IMG/VR virus record: IMGVR_UViG_3300045988_035653
Location: 1-35,456 of that record
Direction: 5' to 3' (one strand)
Origin: a virus
DNA length: 35,456 nucleotides
Shown piece after piece: positions 1 through 7,809 of this stretch. A program made the translations under genes and the position numbers. Within the stretch, counting starts at the first letter, position 1. Each line of letters starts with the position of its first letter. Under the pieces are notes generated by a model. The model saw only the letters and a program-made list of their open reading frames with translations. It was not told where the DNA came from and searched no databases.

Positions 1-55
1 CACCATGCTTAGAGACTTAACACTATCGTAACCCTCAACTAGACTGCCAAAAACA
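1..55. repeat. Terminal overlap copy 1, identical to 35402..35456 (circular assembly signature)
   Basis: caccatgcttagagacttaacactatcgtaaccctcaactagactgccaaaaaca reads identically at both window ends; unit length 35401 bp. Confidence 0.95.
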
Positions 56-1338
56 TCCCCCGACGCCGAATACACACGGTACATCCCTTCGACTTCTGAA
101 CTAGCAAGCTCACGGTTACCCTCAAGCGTTTTACCCAAATCTACGCTAGCCTTCGCAAAATCAATGTTCTTGTAGGTGTTGGCTATCTGCGCGTGGTGAT
201 AGAACGCGCCGCCAGGAACGTTACAACCTTGGAAGATGAATGGCATGCCAGCCGTTTGCGCTGCTGCCATTCCCGGGAAGACTGTGGCCGATACGGCGAA
301 GTTATCGCAGTCCGTAGCTTGAATAACTCCACGACTGCCAACTCCCGCATCCCCTGTAACGCTCCCTGAAAATGTCAGGTTTTTAACGTTTTTATATATT
401 CCAATAGGTGCCGGTGCTATTTCTACCGACGCGTCTATAACGGCGCTAGTGTTTACAAATTCAGCCATTAAGGTAATGGTTCGGTTAGCCGTAGCATGCA
501 CCATCATAGATACCTTTGAATTCTGTATAACGCTGTCGGGGTACTTCGCGCCGGATGACATTGTATAAGTCCCGCCAGGCCGTAATGTGAGTGTCCCCGC
601 GCTGGTCGCCGGGTTTATCTCCGCGCGTGAATCAACGATGGAAAGTTTAGTTTCATAGGTACCCGTAAACGTGATTTTTGCGGCTGTTGCGTCTGCCGGG
701 ACAGTAGCAGCGAACGGCTCCTTCACCAAACGTACTAGAAAGTACTGCCCTGCTGGAATGGCCAGCGTCGCGCCTACCCCTGTTCTAGTTGATGCCGTAG
801 CCGTCATGCCGTTGCCGTCACGATCTAAAACGTAGGCTTGAACCGCATACCCCGGAACATCAACCTTCAGCGTTGTTGCCGTGCCGCCCATGAATATTGG
901 GGCTTTAGTTCTCACGTAATTATTACTAACGGACTTCATAGTTTCCCAGTTAGCCCCTGATACAAAATTCAGCATCCCCTGCTCGAAGTCAGCCGCTGTT
1001 AGCACCACCGCGTCCGCTGTTGTCTGTCTCGATGCGAATTGTAATTTGCTACCAACTACGACGCTAGACCCTAGAATGTCTACGGCGGGCGAGCCGCTAG
1101 CAGGCAAAGCCGCTTCGCCTACATCTACGATCGAATCCCCTCCGATGCGTGCACCGGGAAAACCGAAGTTGCCCCTAAACAGCCAGCAAGCGCCGTCCTG
1201 CGATAATGTCTTCTCGTCGTACACGATACCGCCCACGTCGCCGATATTGACGTAACGGTCGCCTACCGCCCACGAACGAAGGGCGCGTACTCTCTTGTCG
1301 CTCCCTACTGTAATAATCTCATACTTTTTTAAACCCAT
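1..1338 (-). CDS. Tail fibre / tailspike-like protein, 5' part (codons 1-446 of a 791-aa ORF that wraps the junction and stops at 34364)
   Basis: ATG at 1338, 4 nt after the upstream stop. I checked every in-frame triplet from 1338 to 1 and found no stop. The frame joins the MVSTVNSYG ORF through the 55-bp overlap. Gly/Ala/Thr/Val-rich beta-type sequence. Confidence 0.85.
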   Translation of the reverse strand, partial: MGLKKYEIITVGSDKRVRALRSWAVGDRYVNIGDVGGIVYDEKTLSQDGACWLFRGNFGFPGARIGGDSIVDVGEAALPASGSPAVDILGSSVVVGSKLQFASRQTTADAVVLTAADFEQGMLNFVSGANWETMKSVSNNYVRTKAPIFMGGTATTLKVDVPGYAVQAYVLDRDGNGMTATASTRTGVGATLAIPAGQYFLVRLVKEPFAATVPADATAAKITFTGTYETKLSIVDSRAEINPATSAGTLTLRPGGTYTMSSGAKYPDSVIQNSKVSMMVHATANRTITLMAEFVNTSAVIDASVEIAPAPIGIYKNVKNLTFSGSVTGDAGVGSRGVIQATDCDNFAVSATVFPGMAAAQTAGMPFIFQGCNVPGGAFYHHAQIANTYKNIDFAKASVDLGKTLEGNRELASSEVEGMYRVYSASGDVFGSLVEGYDSVKSLSMV

Positions 1339-1342
1339 AACG

Positions 1343-2023
1343 TTATGATTTATAATGTTTCTTCATCTCTGCCTTTTGTTTCTCGTTCTCCTCGTGCCGC
1401 TTCGATAATGCTAACATCGCGTCCAGATAGTTGATCCGCTTCGCGTCCTCGAACGAACAAGCGAACAATTCCGACGTAGCCTGCACAAGCGTTAACACGT
1501 TCTTCGCCTCTTTGATCGGATCATCTTCCGGCGCGCTTCCCGCGTCAAATGGGAACAACCGCTTCTCTAGTCCGTCTGCCGTCTCTATCTGCTCCTTAAT
1601 GTACTTAGTCGCACAAAGCAAATGGTAGACGTTATCCGGCGCATACTCGGCTGGCTTGTGCTCGATAGGCGTACACCACTTCGTAACCTTCTCCGTTGCC
1701 GTCTCGCTCCGTCTCGCTTCGATCACCTGCCACAGTGTTACGTCCTCAATACGAGGGATACGGTACACGAGATTCCCGTTTTTTACAATAAAAGGGTCGG
1801 CCTTAGCGTACTCTGCCACCGCGTTAAGTGTCGCTGCTTGGTCAGAAGTTAGGCCGCCCTTGTAATTCGGATGCAAGTTACAAATATATTCCAATTGTTT
1901 GCGGTTGTAATACCCACAAATTTTCCACCACAATCGACGGAAAGCGTTTTTAATCTTCCCTCTCCATCCAGTTGGCGCTTGGAGTATCAGATCTTCAACA
2001 CCTATAAACTTTATTTTACTCAT
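1343..2023 (-). CDS. Hypothetical protein (226 aa from ATG; ORF open to a TTG at 2029)
   Basis: Long minus ORF between terL and the fibre gene; its ATG overlaps the stop of the 52-aa ORF. Confidence 0.7.
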   Translation of the reverse strand: MSKIKFIGVEDLILQAPTGWRGKIKNAFRRLWWKICGYYNRKQLEYICNLHPNYKGGLTSDQAATLNAVAEYAKADPFIVKNGNLVYRIPRIEDVTLWQVIEARRSETATEKVTKWCTPIEHKPAEYAPDNVYHLLCATKYIKEQIETADGLEKRLFPFDAGSAPEDDPIKEAKNVLTLVQATSELFACSFEDAKRINYLDAMLALSKRHEENEKQKAEMKKHYKS

Positions 2024-2174
2024 ATTCAATCAATTCTAGTTCTTCGTAATAATACCACTCCTCAACGTTCGATCCGTCCCATTGCACGACCACGCCTAAC
2101 ACGTCGGCCTCCGTAACCGTCCCGGTGTCCCCGGCGTAATCGTATTTAATGCGTACTCGATCGTCTACTCTCAT
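2016..2174 (-). CDS. Small hypothetical protein, 52 aa (below ORF-track cutoff)
   Basis: Hand translation MRVDDRVRIKYDYAGDTGTVTEADVLGVVVQWDGSNVEEWYYYEELELIEYE; fills the terL-downstream gap and overlaps the next start. Confidence 0.4.
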   Translation of the reverse strand: MRVDDRVRIKYDYAGDTGTVTEADVLGVVVQWDGSNVEEWYYYEELELIEYE

Positions 2175-2183
2175 GCTGCAAAT

Positions 2184-3356
2184 CTAATCATTATTTGCGT
2201 ATCTCGGCCGGTATTTACGTATAAGATAGTCAACGCCGTAACGCACAGCGTCTAATGCATGATTATAAGCGTCTATCGGCTCGTTAGTGTACGTGTCCGT
2301 TAGGTTGTCCTTGACGTAAGTGTAATTGTCTACCTCGTCCAGTACGTTCGTGCTACGCTTCGTCACGAACAGGTTGAACTGCTTCACCTGCTGGATGCCC
2401 GCCCGGATGGATCCCTTTCCTTTGATGCATGGGATCGTGTTACAGCCTAGGCCCCTTAGCTCTATAATAGACTTCTGCTCCGCGTTGTCGCATACCGTAA
2501 TCGTCCGGTCCAGTCTTTCCGCCTTAAGCCGTTCGGCGATCGTGCGGTTTAACATCTTCGTCTCGTAGCATACCTCGTCTATGTACAGGTTCATGCCCCG
2601 CATGTAGATTTTGACGATAGCGGTCGGGTCGTTCTGAAAGCCAAAATCAAGCCCTGTAACGAACTTTACGTCCTCACCCGTTAAATCCTCTGGTAGACTA
2701 TCGATCGTCTCAATTTGGGGATATACGAGGCCTTCTAACCCGCCCGTCAGCCCTTCACCGTAGACGCGCCACCAATTAGCGTCCTTGGCGTTGCGCTCTA
2801 TGGCTTCTACCTGCTGCTTGGATAGGTACGGGTTATCCTTATAGGTCGAGTGGATCGTCACGTACTTGTCGCCTGTAAAGTCTGTCTCGCCCCAGAAACG
2901 CCGCACCGGGTTGAAGTCAATGATAACCTTAATCGTGGTACGCACGTCCAGCTGCCTGAATATCTCGCGGGGCACGCGCTGCGCCTCGTTGATGAACAAT
3001 ATGTCACGGGCCGGGCCATGAACCTTCGACGCGTTGTCACACCCGAAGAACTCGATGCACACGCCCGGCTTCACCGTGTAGATCAAGTCGGACTTGTTGA
3101 GGGCGTTATCGTCCCACACCCCTTCGTCTAACAACATATTCTGAAAGTCTCGGAACATACCACGCTTGACTGCCGGGAGCGTGTCGGTAACACACGAGAT
3201 CATAAGAGGCTCGGTGCTTTCGTTAGCAACCAAATAGAGGAGCTGTAACACGCTCCACGTCTTAGATGAACGCGTACCACCTTTGCTTGCTATACCTCTT
3301 ATATAGGGGTCGCAAAACGGCCCTATCATCTTGTTAAATACATAGGTGCAATTCAT
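2184..3356 (-). CDS. terL: Terminase large subunit (PBSX/Terminase_3-like)
   Basis: Walker A-like GGTRSSKTWS, Walker B-like ILFINEAQ, C-terminal RNaseH-like nuclease acidic motifs (LDFGFQNDPTAIV, CDNAEQKSI, HALDAVRY); TAATG overlap with the upstream gene. Confidence 0.9.
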   Translation of the reverse strand: MNCTYVFNKMIGPFCDPYIRGIASKGGTRSSKTWSVLQLLYLVANESTEPLMISCVTDTLPAVKRGMFRDFQNMLLDEGVWDDNALNKSDLIYTVKPGVCIEFFGCDNASKVHGPARDILFINEAQRVPREIFRQLDVRTTIKVIIDFNPVRRFWGETDFTGDKYVTIHSTYKDNPYLSKQQVEAIERNAKDANWWRVYGEGLTGGLEGLVYPQIETIDSLPEDLTGEDVKFVTGLDFGFQNDPTAIVKIYMRGMNLYIDEVCYETKMLNRTIAERLKAERLDRTITVCDNAEQKSIIELRGLGCNTIPCIKGKGSIRAGIQQVKQFNLFVTKRSTNVLDEVDNYTYVKDNLTDTYTNEPIDAYNHALDAVRYGVDYLIRKYRPRYANND

Positions 3357-4045
3357 TACTTATCATCCTCCTTGTGATTCTTTTTAAAGTTCTTAATCGA
3401 GCTAACCTTTGCACGTACTTTCGGGTCGGTTACGTTCACGGTCAAGCCGCCCTTGATGGCTTCGCCGTTAGACGTGTAGTCCATCTGCGTTTTAATGCCC
3501 CGTAGAGCACGAACGTAGTTAGCGTCGAACTGTCCCACCGTCGCACCTTGATCGAGGTCCTGTGCGATCGCTTCGCGTATCCTGTCGATCACTGCTATGA
3601 AGTCCGCGCATATCGTTAGATCGAACTCCTTGAGGTTCTCGGCGTATGTGGAGCGTCTAGTGCTTAAGTACGTGGGATTCGCCCCAAGAAACATGCAGAA
3701 CTCGCCCTCCGATTGAAGATGCTTCTTCGGCACTTCATAGAGCGTCCCAGCCATGTTACCGGACTTTACGGCCTCTTGTGTTATAACGGGTGTAGCCTCG
3801 CACCACGCCGAGTAAATCGCGTATGCCTCCCATAGCTCTTCCGGCTCCTGCCAAACAGGCGTTCTGCCGAAGTGCGCCGTAGCGATCTGGTAGCACTTGG
3901 TGTAGTTGAACGAATCCGCCAAGTACTTGGTGGTCGCGTATGTGGGAGCTAGTTTAAAGTGGGCGTAATCCGGCCTAACCTTCTCGGGCTTTGGCAGCTG
4001 CACCGCTTCCTTAGTTTCTATAATTTCTTTCTTCTTTATAGCCAT
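3356..4045 (-). CDS. Putative terminase small subunit (229 aa from MAIKKK; ORF open to an ATG at 4189)
   Basis: Sits immediately upstream of terL and is coupled to it. A -7 box TATTTTTG lies at 4068-4075 inside the longer ORF version. The ATG at 4189 falls in a conserved non-coding repeat, where the paralogous copy reads ATC. Confidence 0.5.
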   Translation of the reverse strand: MAIKKKEIIETKEAVQLPKPEKVRPDYAHFKLAPTYATTKYLADSFNYTKCYQIATAHFGRTPVWQEPEELWEAYAIYSAWCEATPVITQEAVKSGNMAGTLYEVPKKHLQSEGEFCMFLGANPTYLSTRRSTYAENLKEFDLTICADFIAVIDRIREAIAQDLDQGATVGQFDANYVRALRGIKTQMDYTSNGEAIKGGLTVNVTDPKVRAKVSSIKNFKKNHKEDDK

Positions 4046-4067
4046 ATAATTTTTATTTACAACTCTA

Positions 4068-4075
4068 CAAAAATA
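4068..4075 (-). promoter_or_regulatory. Candidate late promoter -7 box (TATTTTTG) upstream of terS
   Basis: Matches TAnnTTTG 23 nt upstream of the ATG at 4045; no well-spaced -33 TTTG (nearest has a 13-nt spacer). Confidence 0.35.
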
Positions 4076-4164
4076 CGCTTTTTCTGCCCAAATCGCCCCA
4101 TTTATGCCTACCAAAGTTGTCTTTCCGCCCCCAAACCCCGATGAACAGGGCGTTTCAGCCCAAT

Positions 4165-4178
4165 TGTCAACGATGAAA
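4165..4178 (+). repeat. 14-bp direct repeat tgtcaacgatgaaa (second copy 4444..4457)
   Basis: Exact identity read at both positions; abuts the left edge of AT-rich element A. Confidence 0.8.
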
Positions 4179-4388
4179 AGATAAAACATAGTTTCTCTAT
4201 TATATCTAAATTAAAAAATATCATAATTTTATTATACATTAATAACAATAGTATAATATAGTTAACTATATATTCTTCTTTTAATAGTTACTCTATACTA
4301 ATCATCTTTATATCTTTGACAAATACACTATATTACAGTATAAAGTACTATAAATAAGCAAGTTAAGTGTAAAAGAAACAAATTTTAA
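4178..4388. repeat. AT-rich intergenic element, copy A (homologous to 19230..19439)
   Basis: Conserved left end aagataa.a.atagtttc.ctatta. Conserved 87-bp right block 4302-4388 versus 19353-19439, 72/87 identical by hand alignment. The interior is almost pure A/T. Confidence 0.85.
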
Positions 4389-4443
4389 CCTTTTACATCA
4401 AAAACTTGAAAAGTGCGTTCTGCGTCTTGTGAGTGCGGTCAGC

Positions 4444-4475
4444 TGTCAACGATGAAATGGAGGTGTCAAGGATGG
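4444..4475 (+). promoter_or_regulatory. Tandem TGTCAA(C/G)GATG(A/G) sites spaced 20 bp
   Basis: tgtcaacgatgaaa at 4444 and tgtcaaggatgg at 4464; a further TGTCAA at 4491 and an inverted TTGACA at 4316. Confidence 0.4.
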
Positions 4476-4495
4476 TTTCGGCTACTTTTTTGTCA

Positions 4496-4530
4496 AAAAC
4501 ACGCTTTTTAGTTAAAATACCGTTAAAATC
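4496..4530 (+). repeat. Iteron-like repeat R1 (aaaacacgctttttagttaaa core)
   Basis: The 21-bp core is identical to 4622-4642; the flanking ccgtt(t)aa(c)aatc is similar. Confidence 0.8.
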
Positions 4531-4589
4531 AAGCTTTCTCTCTAAAAAGTTTTCTCTCACAAAGTTTTTTCCGAAGCGCGTTAAATTTT

Positions 4590-4606
4590 TTAACTAAAAA
4601 GCGCGT
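4590..4606 (-). repeat. Iteron-like repeat R3, inverted copy (ttaactaaaaagcgcgt)
   Basis: Its reverse complement acgcgctttttagttaa differs by 1 nt from the R1/R2 core; forms a 17-bp stem with 4626-4642. Confidence 0.75.
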
Positions 4607-4621
4607 TAACGATTTTATACG

Positions 4622-4655
4622 AAAACACGCTTTTTAGTTAAATCCGTTTAACAAT
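4622..4655 (+). repeat. Iteron-like repeat R2, overlapping the stop codon of the 179-aa gene
   Basis: The 21-bp core is identical to R1. Confidence 0.8.
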
Positions 4656-5187
4656 CCAAGTTATACAGAACCTTCCAATCGTCCAAAATATATTTACATC
4701 TCCACTTCGCGGCCCTCTCAATCGTTTTCCATGTCAGCGTCCTACGCTCTAAAACGTCAAGCGTCCTGCTACCGTCGCAGTACATATTGACCCGGTACAG
4801 CATTGACACTTCTATCCCGTTACGGTTCAGTTCCGTGTCCTTGCTCGGGTAGATCGGGCGTTCTATATCGTCATTCTCGTACGGCCCTACGCGCTTCTTG
4901 TCCTTGTCACGGTACAGCATATTCTCTACTGTCGGTATGCGTTCCGGGTCGGTCCGTGTGTTCCTGTCGTCCCGTACTTTACTAGCCGCGTATATTATAT
5001 CCCGAAGGGCTTGACAGAACAACGATGCGTTAACCATGTGAAACGGTTTACCCTTCACCTTGAGATACTTCACATTATTAGCTTCAAGCCAGTTGAAGAT
5101 GAAAAACGCGTGTAGATTATATAACTGTGCCATCTCTTCGATAACTAGAACTCGTCTCTGTTTCTTCTTAATATATGGTGTCGGCAT
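4648..5187 (-). CDS. Putative DNA-binding protein with N-terminal excisionase/MerR-like (HTH_17-type) motif, 179 aa
   Basis: VLVIEEMAQLYNLHAFFIFNWLEANNVKYLKVKGKPFHMV fits the HTH_17 pattern; last gene of the early block, abutting the iteron cluster. Confidence 0.55.
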   Translation of the reverse strand: MPTPYIKKKQRRVLVIEEMAQLYNLHAFFIFNWLEANNVKYLKVKGKPFHMVNASLFCQALRDIIYAASKVRDDRNTRTDPERIPTVENMLYRDKDKKRVGPYENDDIERPIYPSKDTELNRNGIEVSMLYRVNMYCDGSRTLDVLERRTLTWKTIERAAKWRCKYILDDWKVLYNLDC

Positions 5188-5188
5188 A

Positions 5189-5287
5189 TTATAAATTATT
5201 TAAGATACATACTAAAATACAACCAAGCGCGATCCCTGCTGCGATCGCCAGGACCATTTGTCCCAGCATCTTCATCACTCTCTTCAT
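5189..5287 (-). CDS. Micro membrane peptide, 32 aa (not in ORF track)
   Basis: Hand translation MKRVMKMLGQMVLAIAAGIALGCILVCILNNL; ATGA overlap with the upstream stop; one hydrophobic helix. Confidence 0.35.
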   Translation of the reverse strand: MKRVMKMLGQMVLAIAAGIALGCILVCILNNL

Positions 5288-5571
5288 AGCTTCAACGCCT
5301 CCTTAAGTTCACCGATCAGGCGCAACGCCTCAACTCTTGATAAGTCCACCCGCTTCTCCGGCTCGCTCCTCCTGTAAATTGTTATGGTCGTAATCTCTTT
5401 AGCCGTACGCGGTACGCGCTCGGCGTAAACCATCACTTTATCGGGCGCGATCTTTGTAATACGTTCGCACTGCGGTTTACCCTCTTCCCCTAGGGCTGTC
5501 TTGAAACGACCTGTTGCTTTCTGCATTTCTTCTATTTCTCTCATTTCGAATAAATAATTCATATTTTCCAT
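5284..5571 (-). CDS. Hypothetical protein, 95 aa
   Basis: ATG-initiated minus ORF, tightly packed with its neighbours. Confidence 0.75.
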   Translation of the reverse strand: MENMNYLFEMREIEEMQKATGRFKTALGEEGKPQCERITKIAPDKVMVYAERVPRTAKEITTITIYRRSEPEKRVDLSRVEALRLIGELKEALKL

Positions 5572-5577
5572 AACTGT

Positions 5578-5748
5578 TTAAATTAATAACAAATTTATAA
5601 AACTTAACACAAGGGCCGCCCCTCCAAGCGCCATACACACCAAAAAGAAAAAATCTAGTAGGCGCGGCTTATCAAAAACCGCCGCCACCGCTATACCGAT
5701 AAAACTTAATGCCATTAACGCAAAAAGGGCTACTACTGCTTTTTCCAT
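5578..5748 (-). CDS. Small two-helix membrane protein, 56 aa (not in ORF track)
   Basis: Hand translation MEKAVVALFALMALSFIGIAVAAVFDKPRLLDFFFLVCMALGGAALVLSFINLLLI; fills the gap 5572-5751. Confidence 0.45.
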   Translation of the reverse strand: MEKAVVALFALMALSFIGIAVAAVFDKPRLLDFFFLVCMALGGAALVLSFINLLLI

Positions 5749-5751
5749 AAC

Positions 5752-6012
5752 TTAAAATATTAAATTGATTAAATACCTTATCAAATAGTCCAGCCCTACC
5801 ACCAGCATAACGCCGTGCCCGATCACCCCGCCAACCGCGGTTAGAAGGAAGTCCACGAAGTCCGCCCGGTTGCCGTACAAATGATCCTTTACTTCCATGC
5901 CCAAACCCACGCCCGTGGTGAAATGTGCTCCGCATATCGCGCCGAGCGGGATCGCAAATAAGAAATACTTCCAGCGATTAGACGCTTTCCACCAATTGAT
6001 TAACTTTTTCAT
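5752..6012 (-). CDS. Small membrane protein, 86 aa
   Basis: Hydrophobic segments YFLFAIPLGAICGA and LLTAVGGVIGHGVMLVVGL; ATGA coupling with the upstream gene. Confidence 0.7.
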   Translation of the reverse strand: MKKLINWWKASNRWKYFLFAIPLGAICGAHFTTGVGLGMEVKDHLYGNRADFVDFLLTAVGGVIGHGVMLVVGLDYLIRYLINLIF

Positions 6013-6212
6013 ACCTTCTTAAATATTATGTTACTACTATCTATTACATCTACGCACACCCATCTCCTAGGACACATGCACGGCTCGCCGCGCTTGTTGA
6101 ACGCGCACCCGGCGCATAGCCCGCCTTTCTTCTGTAACTCGGCTACGTATGTTACGCCTTCGTGCTCGGCCTTCTGTCCCGGCTCGAAGAATATAAGTTT
6201 TACTTTTTTCAT
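6009..6212 (-). CDS. Small Cys-rich protein, 67 aa (paralogue of 7793..8011)
   Basis: GVTYVAELQKKGGLCAGCAF...C.C....C parallels GRTYAAVEVDENVACKGCIF...C......C in the other copy. Confidence 0.7.
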   Translation of the reverse strand: MKKVKLIFFEPGQKAEHEGVTYVAELQKKGGLCAGCAFNKRGEPCMCPRRWVCVDVIDSSNIIFKKV

Positions 6213-6439
6213 ACTTTCGTAACGTTTGCGTCCATTTTCCGAGCAAACGGAACCGCGCCTATATTATAACCGTACTTTACACACTCTTCTTCAGGGATCG
6301 TGAAAAACTCTGATAACCTGTTCGGTAATACCGGATCATATATATAACTTCTTAGTTTCCTATTCAGTCCGCGATACACATATCGTACGTCGTCTACCAG
6401 TTCTACAATATCACCTACTTTGTAATTTACTGTTTCCAT
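6209..6439 (-). CDS. Hypothetical protein, 76 aa
   Basis: ATG-initiated, coupled on both sides. Confidence 0.7.
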   Translation of the reverse strand: METVNYKVGDIVELVDDVRYVYRGLNRKLRSYIYDPVLPNRLSEFFTIPEEECVKYGYNIGAVPFARKMDANVTKV

Positions 6440-7809
6440 ACTCTATATTTTTTAATTAGTTCCTTAACCATATCCATTAAACCGTTTTGCGTATCCGCTT
6501 TCCCGGTCAACGCTCCAATAACCCTTTCGTCAATTGTACCCCGCGTTATGATGTGATGGACAAACACGCTGTTCTTCTGTCCCTGCCTCCATAGCCGCGC
6601 ATTGAACTGCTGGTATAACTCCAAGCTCCAAGTAGTACCATACCATATTATACGGTTTCCTCCCTTCTGCATGTTCAGACCGTGCCCCGCGCTAGCCGGG
6701 TGTGTCACTAGGACGGGTATCTTCCCCTCGTTCCACCGGCGCACGCTATCCACGCCGTCCAGCGCTTCCGCGCCGAAACTCTTTAGGGCTTCTAGTATCC
6801 GGTGTTTCTCGTGCTGGAAGTTGTACGCCACCAGTACGGGCGACCCGTTCGCAGCTTCTATCATTTCTACCAACGTCTCTAGCTTCTCATCATGCACGGT
6901 ATGTATGTTCCGGTCTGCGTCGTAGATCGCGCCGCCAGCGAACTGCAAGAGCTTGTTTGATAGGGCGGCGGCGCTTAACGCCGTGATCTCTTCTTCCTGC
7001 ATAAGTTGTAGCACTTGGTCCTCTTCGAACTTATCGTACTGCTTCTTCACCTTTGGCGATAACTCTACGTAGTTGTTGAGGTATGTAAGTTCCGGCATAT
7101 CCAGGAAGTCCAGGGCTTTCATTGATAACGTGATGTCGGCTATCTTCTCGCCTAATACCGCCTCGGTCGTTGCAAGCGGTTTGTACTCGTACACTATACC
7201 TCCGTTCTGCGCGCCCGGTCTGAAATAGTTGGCCCGGTAATCGGTGATCGTCTTTCCCAGGCGTTGCCCGCCATCGACTAAATACATTTGCGCCCATAGG
7301 TCAATAAGTCCGTTTGGCGCGGGCGTACCCGTCAGACCCACCACCCGGCTAACACTGCGCCGGATAATCTTCGCGGCCTTGAAGCGTTTAGACTGATGGT
7401 TCTTGAAAGAGGACAACTCGTCCAGTACTAACATGTCGTACGGTACTTTAGACCCGCCCCACATTTGCAGAAGCCATACGAGATTGTCCCGGCTAACCGT
7501 GTACACGTCTGCGTCTGCACGTGCGGCGATCTCGCGTTGCTTCGCCGTGCCCTTGATGACTGACAAACGTAAATGTGAGATGTGCGCCCAGTTCTCGATC
7601 TCGTCGCCCCACGTCATTTCGGCTACACGCTTTGGCGCTACGATCAGAACCTTAGTTACCTCGAACTCGTTGATAAGATCGGCTACGGCCGTTAGCGTGC
7701 TCACCGTCTTTCCTAGTCCCATATCAAGGAACAAAGCCGCGTCGGGGTGATCCTTGATGTGCTGGACGGCGGTACGCTGATAGCCGTGTAAGTTAGTCCT
7801 CTGTAACAT
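6427..7809 (-). CDS. SNF2-family helicase/ATPase
   Basis: Motif I LDMGLGKT, motif II LVLDELSSF, C-terminal helicase motifs HPASAGHGLNMQ and ARLWRQGQ. Confidence 0.9.
   Translation of the reverse strand: MLQRTNLHGYQRTAVQHIKDHPDAALFLDMGLGKTVSTLTAVADLINEFEVTKVLIVAPKRVAEMTWGDEIENWAHISHLRLSVIKGTAKQREIAARADADVYTVSRDNLVWLLQMWGGSKVPYDMLVLDELSSFKNHQSKRFKAAKIIRRSVSRVVGLTGTPAPNGLIDLWAQMYLVDGGQRLGKTITDYRANYFRPGAQNGGIVYEYKPLATTEAVLGEKIADITLSMKALDFLDMPELTYLNNYVELSPKVKKQYDKFEEDQVLQLMQEEEITALSAAALSNKLLQFAGGAIYDADRNIHTVHDEKLETLVEMIEAANGSPVLVAYNFQHEKHRILEALKSFGAEALDGVDSVRRWNEGKIPVLVTHPASAGHGLNMQKGGNRIIWYGTTWSLELYQQFNARLWRQGQKNSVFVHHIITRGTIDERVIGALTGKADTQNGLMDMVKELIKKYRVWKQ

Noticed and set aside
1-55. The 55-bp end repeat as a biological DTR or cos feature
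   Set aside because: The length equals a common assembler k-mer, and the repeat falls in the middle of an intact tail fibre ORF. An assembly overlap is the simpler explanation. Read-end data are needed to be certain.
4046-4189. N-terminal 48-codon extension of the terS-like ORF (ATG at 4189)
   Set aside because: The extension contains a -7 promoter box and the 14-bp direct repeat. Its ATG lies in the conserved left end of the AT-rich element, where the paralogous copy reads ATC. The peptide MFYLFIVDNWAETPCSSGFGGG also looks non-protein-like. I kept it only as an alternative start.
4316-4344. TTGACA-17 nt-TATAAA as evidence for a sigma70-type (Proteobacteria or Firmicutes) host
   Set aside because: It is a single occurrence on the non-coding strand inside very AT-rich DNA. 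All gene-proximal promoters follow the Bacteroidota -33/-7 rule. It is retained only as part of the antisense-promoter hypothesis.
4165-4457. The 14-bp direct repeats as target-site duplications of a MITE-like insertion carrying the AT-rich element
   Set aside because: The left repeat abuts the element, but the right repeat is 55 bp beyond the conserved right end. Copy B has no comparable flanking duplication, and no terminal inverted repeats were seen.
5672-5935. 87-aa Arg/Gly-rich minus ORF
   Set aside because: It overlaps the better-supported 86-aa and 56-aa membrane ORFs in other frames, has an implausible composition and has no coupled start.
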